The notes under the pieces were generated by a model, which was given only the letters and a program-made list of their open reading frames with translations, was not told the origin of the DNA and did not search any database. Of a stretch of 24,000 nt of DNA, positions 16,761 to 23,407 are shown in pieces. Source of the stretch: an uncultured Chloroflexia bacterium. GTDB lineage: Bacteria > Chloroflexota > Anaerolineae > Anaerolineales > UBA4823. The DNA lies in assembly GCA_963777935.1 (NCBI GenBank), contig CAVZSL010000006.1:317287-341286 (forward strand), written 5' to 3'. The stretch's first letter is position 1. Each line of letters opens with the position of its first letter. The position numbers were made by a program, and so were the translations under genes.

Positions 16761-16803
16761 AATCTATCCTCTAATCTATCTTTGGATAGATGACAATCTA
16801 TCT
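16761..16803 (+). promoter_or_regulatory. Cluster of four phased heptamer boxes ATCTATC/GATAGAT (candidate activator/operator sites)
   Basis: ATCTATC at 16762..16768, 16774..16780 and 16796..16802, and inverted GATAGAT at 16785..16791. Start-to-start spacing is 12, 11 and 11 bp. Boxes 2 and 3 form the perfect palindrome ATCTATC-TTTG-GATAGAT. A fifth GATAGAT lies at 17398..17404, upstream of the second membrane-protein gene. Confidence 0.5.
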
Positions 16804-16824
16804 GGTTGAGCTATATGATATAGA
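16796..16824 (+). promoter_or_regulatory. Candidate promoter of the membrane-protein operon (extended -10)
   Basis: TGaTATAGA at 16816..16824. The expected -35 position (16796..16801) coincides with heptamer box 4. The ATG lies about 42 nt downstream and is preceded by GAGGAG. Confidence 0.35.
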
Positions 16825-16865
16825 CACAATCAAAATAGTTAAAAACGCCAAAAGAGGAGAATCAA

Positions 16866-17348
16866 ATGAACAGCACCGTAGATCTTCAAAATGCCACTTC
16901 TAGTAATGAACAAAGCAACAAAGATCAGTATCAGGTAAAAGTCAACCAGTATATGGCTAAGCAACCAGGGATCGTCCGCGGACTCCATACGATATTGCAG
17001 GTCGTTTTTCTGATCGCCATCGTACTTGCAACCATCTTTTTCGCAGTGGCTCTCTACTACACATTTGTCTGGATCTTTACCGGAGCACTGACCAAACTCG
17101 ATGATGCCTGGGTTGACTATGGATTGAGTATGTCGTTCCTGGCATTCCCACTGGGTCTGGACTCGATGCTCACCCGCATCTTCCCTTCAGCCATTTTCCC
17201 ACCCTCACTTTATCGGTCCACCAAGCCAATCGCCTTCATGACAGGCATTGGCGCCTTCTTTGCCGGCTTTGGGATTATGTGCGCAGGTGCTCCAGGTGCA
17301 GTCCACATGGTTGACCTGGTATCACAGGCCATCCAGAAACTATTTTAG
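16866..17348 (+). CDS. Hypothetical small membrane protein (paralogue A)
   Basis: 160 aa. Polar S/N/Q-rich N-terminus, then QYMAKQPGIVRGLH followed by a TM helix, plus 2 further hydrophobic segments. Good SD. No family recognised. Confidence 0.65.
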   Translation: MNSTVDLQNATSSNEQSNKDQYQVKVNQYMAKQPGIVRGLHTILQVVFLIAIVLATIFFAVALYYTFVWIFTGALTKLDDAWVDYGLSMSFLAFPLGLDSMLTRIFPSAIFPPSLYRSTKPIAFMTGIGAFFAGFGIMCAGAPGAVHMVDLVSQAIQKLF

Positions 17349-17358
17349 GCGCTATTAC

Positions 17359-17384
17359 GAAGCCTGGTCTCCGGATCAGGCTTC
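17359..17384 (+). other. Intercistronic hairpin (possible partial terminator/processing site)
   Basis: GAAGCCTG (17359..17366) / CAGGCTTC (17377..17384), 10-nt loop, followed by ATTTCCATTC (weak T-tract). Confidence 0.3.
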
Positions 17385-17446
17385 ATTTCCATTCTGCGAT
17401 AGATAACGCTCAAACCGAATTCTCACTAAAACGAAAGGTGGAGACC

Positions 17447-18049
17447 ATGGAGAAAACAACCGTACAAAATGTAGCAACACAGAATACAAGCTCTCAACAA
17501 TTAAAAACCCAGCTTGCCAGTTACCTTGAGGAACAGCCTGAAAACATTCAGTCGTTTCATCGTGTAATGAAGGTTCTGGAAAGCATCGCCCTCGGCATCA
17601 TGATCATTATCTTCATCACCGCCATGGTGCTGTCCTTTATGTGGAAAACCATCCCTGTAGGAGTCATCCCCGCCACATGGTTCCTCCTGCCAACAAGCGT
17701 AGCAGGTTTAATGCTACTCATCGCCGTGCATACCCTAATCCTGCACGCCTATCCCCCAAGCAACCTTTACAGCATTTACCACGGTGGATCCCCCGCCCGT
17801 TCGTTGGGGAAATATCAACAGTTCGTCACTGGTAAAGACGCGGATACTCAAGCCTTGATATTGATCCTGGTGGCACTGATCGTGGGTGCATTTTTTGCCA
17901 TCTTCGCCTGGGCATCCTGGACGGTTAACTGGGCGATTCTTACCCCCATGATCAATATCTCGGGGGTAGCATTGGGGATCGCCATCGCTGTGGGCATTGT
18001 GGGTGGCATGATTCTCAAAACTTATCAGAAACTCTCCAAATCTCGCTGA
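17447..18049 (+). CDS. Hypothetical membrane protein (paralogue B)
   Basis: The ORF track starts at GTG 17438. ATG 17447 with AAAGGTGGAG upstream is the more likely start. About 4 TM. It shares with paralogue A the layout of polar Q/S/T-rich N-terminus, SYLEEQPENIQSFH, TM, and a PPSxLY motif (YPPSNLYS versus FPPSLYRS). Confidence 0.65.
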   Translation: MEKTTVQNVATQNTSSQQLKTQLASYLEEQPENIQSFHRVMKVLESIALGIMIIIFITAMVLSFMWKTIPVGVIPATWFLLPTSVAGLMLLIAVHTLILHAYPPSNLYSIYHGGSPARSLGKYQQFVTGKDADTQALILILVALIVGAFFAIFAWASWTVNWAILTPMINISGVALGIAIAVGIVGGMILKTYQKLSKSR

Positions 18050-18108
18050 ACTTGGTTGGTTTCTGCCCTCAAGACAAGCAATAGAATAAAAATGAAAGGA
18101 GTCTTATC

Positions 18109-19644
18109 ATGGCAACAGAATCTATCAATAGATACCCACTGCGTGACCGTTGGTCATATCTCTGGCTGGGTATCGCGGCAGTTCTGCTTGTATTCACTTA
18201 TGGAATGTATCGCAATCCACTGGCTGCTTTATTGGCGCAGGTTTTCCTTATTCGCTTCCTACGCAGTCGAAAGATCGGTGTAGGCTATCTTCTGATCTGC
18301 CTGACGCTGGTGGTGGCTAATATAATCTCCTGGTGGAACCTCATGCCGACGAACCCCATCCTGGTTCGCATTATTATGGGGTCCATTTTTGGATTGTTAT
18401 ACTCTATTCCCTTCTTGCTGGACCGTGTGTTGGTGGGTCGCTTTAGTGGATTTGCTACTACTCTGGTCTTCCCTTTCGCCAGATCTGCGTTCGAGTTCCT
18501 TACCCTGTGGCCTAATCCGCTGGGTACATACGGCGCACTGGCCTACAGCCAGTTCAGCAGTGTGTATCTCACCCAATTGGTGTCGATCACAGGGTTATGG
18601 GGTGTCACCTTCCTCGTTTCATGGTTCGCCTCGACGGTCAATTGGATCTGGGAAGAGGGCATGGCCTGGCAACGCATCCGCCGTGGTCTGGCAATTTTCG
18701 CTGGCGTGACACTGGTTGTTTTGCTGTACGGCATGGTTCGCCTGACCTATTCTCAACCTCAGCCCGGAAGCGTGCGCATCCATGGGATCGTCGAGACCGA
18801 CTATACTCGCTACGATTGGGATACCAAGATCTGGCCTTTGAGTAAGACTGACCCTGAGGCTTTCAGAGCCATGATGACCCCCGTTTACGAGCGCTACTTG
18901 CAGGCTACCATCCGCGAAGCCCAGGCTGGAGCCCAGATTGTTGTATGGCCAGAAGTGGCTGCCGAAGGCTTCCGCCAGGATTTAGATGCAGTACTCTTGC
19001 AAGCGCAGGAAATCGCCCGTCAGGAAGGCATCTACCTGGCAGTGGGGTTGAACGTGATCAGCCCAAATTCGAACCCCGAAGGGGAGAACAGGCTTGTGAT
19101 AATCGACCCGCGTGGCGAAATTGTCATAAACCAACTCAAGTATGGCTGTATGGCTTTTAACATGTACGACTTCGAGATTCCAACTGTCAACACACCTTAC
19201 GGCAGGCTGGCTGGCGTGATTTGCTGCGACCTCGATTTCCCATTTGTCATCAGGCAGGTGAGCCAAAAAGGCATTGACATTCTACTGGTTCCTAGCTTCG
19301 AACCGACAACGGCAAACATCACTGCGCATTCGCAGATGGCTCCTTTCAGTGCCATTGAAAACGGCGTGTCAATCTTCCGACCTACGAGCATGGGAATCTC
19401 GCTCGCCATCGATCCATACGGACGCATCCTGGGCTCCATGGATGCCACGCGTGTTGACCAGCGCGTATTTGTGGTGCAGTTGCCCAACCACCATGTTCAT
19501 CCCGTCTATTCTGTGGTTGGTGATCTGTTTGGGTGGTTGATCGTAGTTGGTTTTGTGGTTATCGTGGGCTGGGCAATCTTCAGTAACCGCAAATCCCGAG
19601 CAGAAACAACTAGTTCTACAGGGCCACAGCCTCCATCTGCATAA
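18109..19644 (+). CDS. Lnt-like membrane-bound carbon-nitrogen hydrolase (apolipoprotein N-acyltransferase family architecture)
   Basis: 511 aa. The N-terminal ~220 aa are polytopic. The C-terminal CN-hydrolase domain carries an E-K-C triad context: IVVWPEVA, NQLKYG, AGVICCDLDFP. A final TM helix follows (WLIVVGFVVIVGWAIF). AAAGGAG SD. Confidence 0.78.
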   Translation: MATESINRYPLRDRWSYLWLGIAAVLLVFTYGMYRNPLAALLAQVFLIRFLRSRKIGVGYLLICLTLVVANIISWWNLMPTNPILVRIIMGSIFGLLYSIPFLLDRVLVGRFSGFATTLVFPFARSAFEFLTLWPNPLGTYGALAYSQFSSVYLTQLVSITGLWGVTFLVSWFASTVNWIWEEGMAWQRIRRGLAIFAGVTLVVLLYGMVRLTYSQPQPGSVRIHGIVETDYTRYDWDTKIWPLSKTDPEAFRAMMTPVYERYLQATIREAQAGAQIVVWPEVAAEGFRQDLDAVLLQAQEIARQEGIYLAVGLNVISPNSNPEGENRLVIIDPRGEIVINQLKYGCMAFNMYDFEIPTVNTPYGRLAGVICCDLDFPFVIRQVSQKGIDILLVPSFEPTTANITAHSQMAPFSAIENGVSIFRPTSMGISLAIDPYGRILGSMDATRVDQRVFVVQLPNHHVHPVYSVVGDLFGWLIVVGFVVIVGWAIFSNRKSRAETTSSTGPQPPSA

Positions 19645-19719
19645 TGAGTTGGGTGCTGCATGTGTTGAATGGAACTGCCCGCACCAACTTGTCAATACCA
19701 TATCTATGGGAAGTGAAAA

Positions 19720-19947
19720 ATGCTTCAAATTGAGATCCATCTTAAGGGAAAAATAAACCAGCAGTGGTCAGGATGGTTTGACAGCCTAACATACAGCTTA
19801 TCCGGTCACGATGAAACGGTTCTTACTGGTATTGTGGCAGACCAGGCGGCATTGTATGGGATTATTTCCCATTTGCGCGACTTGGGTTTACCACTGATTT
19901 CAGTCAGCAGTAAGGAAATTAAGGAGAATTCACATGAACGCAACTAA
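19720..19947 (+). CDS. Small conserved hypothetical protein (paralogue 1 of 2; 'LTGxVxDQxALYxxIxHLRDLGLxLIS' family)
   Basis: 75 aa. About 40 of the first 64 residues are identical, by hand alignment, to the 21129..21350 product. The 3' end overlaps the following hydrolase gene by 14 nt. Confidence 0.7.
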   Translation: MLQIEIHLKGKINQQWSGWFDSLTYSLSGHDETVLTGIVADQAALYGIISHLRDLGLPLISVSSKEIKENSHERN

Positions 19948-21010
19948 TGACCAGAATGATATCCAGGATAAATCAATTGGTAAACGGCACGGTTGTCTGG
20001 GTTGTTTGGGACGTGGCGCCATCGGATTGTTGATTTTCTTGGTGGTTATTTTGGTGGCAGGGTCAACCTATCAAACCATGGCAAGTGCCAGTGATTTAAG
20101 GAAATATCCGCCGCCGGGTGAATTATACGATGTGGGAGACTACCGGTTACACCTCTTTTGCACTGGAGAGGGCAGTCCAACCGTGATCCTGGAAGCGGGA
20201 GCGGGGAATCCGTCCATCGGTTGGTCCGTGGTGCAGAGTGGCGTGGAAGGATTTACCCGCGTTTGCTCTTATGACCGCCCCGGATTTGGCTGGAGCGATC
20301 CGGCCAACAGCCCACTTTCCAGAGAGCAGGTAGCTTCCCTCTTGCACGATTTGCTCCAAACTGCAGATGTCTCCGGACCGTATATCCTGGTTGGGCATTC
20401 TGCGGGAGGCGAGTACATTCGCGCATATGCCAGGCAGTATCCCTCCGAAGTGCTTGGAATGGTATTTGTGGACTCCTCGCATGAGAGCGAAACCCTGCGT
20501 TACCCAGCCAAATTCATGAACTTTAACCAATATCAGCTAATGACACAGAAAATATGCCAATTCCTCTCACCGGTTGGAACGGTACGCCTGATCAAACTCT
20601 GGAGCACTTTCCTCCCTGAGACGCTGACATCGACGGACATCGGGAAGGCAGTGACTTCAACCTTATACCGAAGCGGGTATTGTAAAGCGGCTTATGCTGA
20701 AGCATCCGTTTTGGGATCGCCTGGCCAGTCTGGAGAGCCTGGTAGTTTAGGAGATTTACCATTAATCGTACTTTCGGCTGGTGCTTTCAACGATAATATA
20801 CCCAGCTCTGTGGTAACAGCCATGGGCGGCTCAGATGTGCTTGCTGAGGTCGTCAAGGTTCATGATGAAATCCAACAGGAATTGGTAAACTTATCTAGCG
20901 CGGGCAAGCTAGTTGTCGCTGAGAAAAGCGGACATGAAATTCACTGGTACCAGCCTGAATTGGTAGTTAATGCAATACATACAGTCTTAGAACAGGTGCG
21001 GAACAAGTGA
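19934..21010 (+). CDS. Membrane-anchored alpha/beta-fold hydrolase
   Basis: 358 aa. TM anchor AIGLLIFLVVILVAG, nucleophile elbow LVGHSAGG, C-terminal SGHEIHW. AAGGAG lies 7 nt before the ATG. Confidence 0.85.
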   Translation: MNATNDQNDIQDKSIGKRHGCLGCLGRGAIGLLIFLVVILVAGSTYQTMASASDLRKYPPPGELYDVGDYRLHLFCTGEGSPTVILEAGAGNPSIGWSVVQSGVEGFTRVCSYDRPGFGWSDPANSPLSREQVASLLHDLLQTADVSGPYILVGHSAGGEYIRAYARQYPSEVLGMVFVDSSHESETLRYPAKFMNFNQYQLMTQKICQFLSPVGTVRLIKLWSTFLPETLTSTDIGKAVTSTLYRSGYCKAAYAEASVLGSPGQSGEPGSLGDLPLIVLSAGAFNDNIPSSVVTAMGGSDVLAEVVKVHDEIQQELVNLSSAGKLVVAEKSGHEIHWYQPELVVNAIHTVLEQVRNK

Positions 21011-21073
21011 GTAGATTTTCCTCAAAGAAATGCAAAATAAATCTTCCAATCAGGGGTGGAGCTGTTACATATA

Positions 21074-21082
21074 TGATATAAT
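21074..21082 (+). promoter_or_regulatory. Candidate extended -10 promoter for the second small-protein gene
   Basis: TGaTATAAT (TG 21074..21075, TATAAT 21077..21082), 47 nt upstream of ATG 21129. The -35 is poor (GGTGGA). Confidence 0.4.
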
Positions 21083-21128
21083 CTGAGGAAAATCAGGGCA
21101 TTATATGCTTGGGTAATAAGAGATCAAA

Positions 21129-21350
21129 ATGCTAAATATCGAGATTCGCATTAAAGGGCAGATTATCAATCCGGGATCGGGATGGCTCAACAACTTGACA
21201 TTGAGTCATTCTGACCCGGATGAAACCATACTCACAGGAATCGTTTCAGATCAAATTGCCTTGTATCAGTTAATAACCCATTTACGAGATTTAGGCTTAT
21301 ACCTGATATCGATAAGCAGTGAAGACTTAATGGATCAAAATCCACCCTAA
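21129..21350 (+). CDS. Small conserved hypothetical protein (paralogue 2 of 2)
   Basis: 73 aa: MLNIEIRIKGQIINPGSGWLNNLTLSHSDPDETILTGIVSDQIALYQLITHLRDLGLYLISISS. It is collinear with the 19720..19947 product. Confidence 0.7.
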   Translation: MLNIEIRIKGQIINPGSGWLNNLTLSHSDPDETILTGIVSDQIALYQLITHLRDLGLYLISISSEDLMDQNPP

Positions 21351-21374
21351 GACGTTGTTCATCCATTACCCTAA

Positions 21375-22328
21375 TTATTCTGGGTAACGTTGAACCTCAA
21401 TCGTAGTATGAACAATCCCGGAGTTATGGGGGATCATATCTTTGTAAGTGCTTGGTGAATCTGGATATTTGGTTACCAGTGTGATTTCTGATGAATAGAT
21501 CCCCGGCCCGATGGACCATATATGAAGGTCAGAGACTTTTGTATCTTTGTAGCTTTCCAGAATCTCGGTGATCCTTTGCTGAATTTCCATGGGGCTTTGG
21601 TGGTCCAATAATACCTTGGTTGTTCCTTGAATCAGTCCAACTGACCACCTGATAACCAGCGTTGCACCTACGATGCCCATCAGGGGATCCATCCAAACCA
21701 AATTAAAGTATTTAGCTCCTAGCAATGCAACGATCGCCAAGATAGAAGTCATGGCATCGGTTAGCACGTGTAAATACGCTGCCTTTAAATTATGGTCGTC
21801 TCCACTGCCCTCGTGAGCATGATGATGATCTCCGTGTTCATGGTCATCATGATCATGATTATGGGCATGGTTCTTTTCTCCCAGGATAAGCATGCTGATA
21901 CCATTCACGATCAGGCCGATCACCGCGACCAAGATTGCGTGATTGTATTGAATCTCGACCGGATTGACCAGACGGACAATGCTTTCGTAGGCCATGAACA
22001 GGGCGATAAAAATAAGGATCATTGCGCTTGAATATCCCGCCAGGGCGTTTACTTTACCTGTCCCAAAACTATAAAGTTGATCATGGGCATGCTTGCGTGC
22101 ATAGATATATGCAAAAAAAGCAATTCCAAGACCAACCATATGAGAACCCATATGGATTCCATCTGCAGTGAGCGCCATCGAACCAAAAATGATCCCGGTG
22201 ATAATTTCACCCACCATCATAATTCCAGTAAGGATAATGACGAATAGCGTTCGTCGTTCTCCAGATCTGATCTGGTCTTGTCCAAAGACATGGGTATGTT
22301 GCCATTGAGATATTGAATCAGTCGTCAT
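21375..22328 (-). CDS. Cation diffusion facilitator (CDF) divalent-metal efflux transporter with His-rich loop (ZitB/DmeF-like)
   Basis: The maximal ORF runs to 22382, but ATG 22326..22328 has GGAG 8 nt upstream and the earlier ATGs have no SD. Six TM. It has FGSMALTADGIHMGSHM and LHVLTDAMTSILAIV motifs, an HAHNHDHDDHEHGDHHHAHEGSGDDH loop, and a C-terminal cytoplasmic domain. Confidence 0.85.
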   Translation of the reverse strand: MTTDSISQWQHTHVFGQDQIRSGERRTLFVIILTGIMMVGEIITGIIFGSMALTADGIHMGSHMVGLGIAFFAYIYARKHAHDQLYSFGTGKVNALAGYSSAMILIFIALFMAYESIVRLVNPVEIQYNHAILVAVIGLIVNGISMLILGEKNHAHNHDHDDHEHGDHHHAHEGSGDDHNLKAAYLHVLTDAMTSILAIVALLGAKYFNLVWMDPLMGIVGATLVIRWSVGLIQGTTKVLLDHQSPMEIQQRITEILESYKDTKVSDLHIWSIGPGIYSSEITLVTKYPDSPSTYKDMIPHNSGIVHTTIEVQRYPE

Positions 22329-22555
22329 CGGTTGCTCCAATGGATTGTATAAGTAGGACATTTTACCGCAGATAATGGGCATTGAAGAAATTAATATTCA
22401 TATGCATTAGACCATTATATTCCTGCTGAGAAAGGAAAAGCAACGGATGCCTTGGTTACAAATCCAACATTGCATTAGAATTAACGTTGTAACATCAACG
22501 CGCTCAATCAGAGATGGATATTCTACGTTTCATCAATCGTAATGAGGAGGTCCAA

Positions 22556-23407
22556 ATGACAGAACGTAAAAAAGTAACCTTACCCTTTTTGTTTAACAAG
22601 GTCCATGATAATGAGCCTATTACCTGGCTCACCTGCTATGACTATCCAACTGCTTATTTAATGGAGCAAGCCGGCCTCGACATGATCCTGGTGGGTGATA
22701 GCCTGGCAATGACTATGCTTGGATTTGAAACCACACTACCAGCCACCATGGACGATATGATCCGTCATGCAGCGGCTGTGCGTCGAGGTACGCCTAACAC
22801 CTTCATCGTAGGTGACATGCCATACATGAGCTACCAGCCAAGCGTGGAAAGCGCTATCCGCAACGCTGGGCGTTTTATGGCTGAGGCGGGATGTGATTCA
22901 ATCAAGCTGGAGGGCGGGGTGGAAATGGCTGACCGCGTCCACGGAATCGTGAATGCCGGTATCCCAGCCATAGGACATCTGGGGTTAACCCCACAAAGTG
23001 CTTCTGCCTTAGGTGGTCACAAGGTGCAGGGACGAGCAGCTAAATCCGCAAAAAAGATCATCGATTCTGCCAGGGCACTTGAGCAAGCTGGTGCTTTCGC
23101 CATTCTCCTGGAAATGGTCCCTGACCGTATCTGCAAGATCATCACCGAACGGGCTGAGAATTGTATCATTATGAGCCTTGGATCCGGTCCTCATGCTCAT
23201 GGTCAGCTATTGATCTACCATGACATGTTTGGTCTATACCCACGTTTTAAACCGCGCATGGCCAAGGTATTTGGAAACGCCGGTGAGGTGATCCTTAATG
23301 GTCTCAAGCAATACGTCTCAGAAGTTTCAGAAAAGACTTTCCCACAACCAGAACATTGGTTCACCATGAAAGATGAAGAATACGATGAGTTAATGGGTAT
23401 TCTATGA
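22556..23407 (+). CDS. panB: 3-methyl-2-oxobutanoate hydroxymethyltransferase
   Basis: TWLTCYDYPTAYLMEQAGLDMILVGDSLAMTMLGFETTLPATMDDMIRHAAAVRRG...GDMPYMSYQ...IKLEGG is typical PanB. The ORF track starts at 22514, but ATG 22556 is preceded by GAGGAGG at 5 nt. Confidence 0.9.
   Translation: MTERKKVTLPFLFNKVHDNEPITWLTCYDYPTAYLMEQAGLDMILVGDSLAMTMLGFETTLPATMDDMIRHAAAVRRGTPNTFIVGDMPYMSYQPSVESAIRNAGRFMAEAGCDSIKLEGGVEMADRVHGIVNAGIPAIGHLGLTPQSASALGGHKVQGRAAKSAKKIIDSARALEQAGAFAILLEMVPDRICKIITERAENCIIMSLGSGPHAHGQLLIYHDMFGLYPRFKPRMAKVFGNAGEVILNGLKQYVSEVSEKTFPQPEHWFTMKDEEYDELMGIL

Noticed and set aside
19646-19690. Imperfect long-loop inverted repeat AGTTGGGTGC ... GCACCAACT after the Lnt-like gene.
   Set aside because: It has a bulged stem, a 24-nt loop and no T-tract. 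It is probably fortuitous.
21795-21875. Repetitive CAT/GAT-rich DNA that looks like a tandem repeat.
   Set aside because: It is the coding sequence of the His/Asp-rich cytoplasmic loop of the CDF transporter (HAHNHDHDDHEHGDHHHAHEGSGDDH), not a non-coding repeat or CRISPR.
22403-22492. Direct 9-mer repeat TGCATTAGA (22403..22411 and 22471..22479) and the 7-bp inverted repeat GTTACAA/TTGTAAC (22455..22461 and 22486..22492) between the CDF gene and panB.
   Set aside because: They could be a metal-regulator operator. However, the spacing (68 bp, and a 24-bp loop) fits no operator architecture I know, and short AT-rich repeats are expected in promoter DNA.
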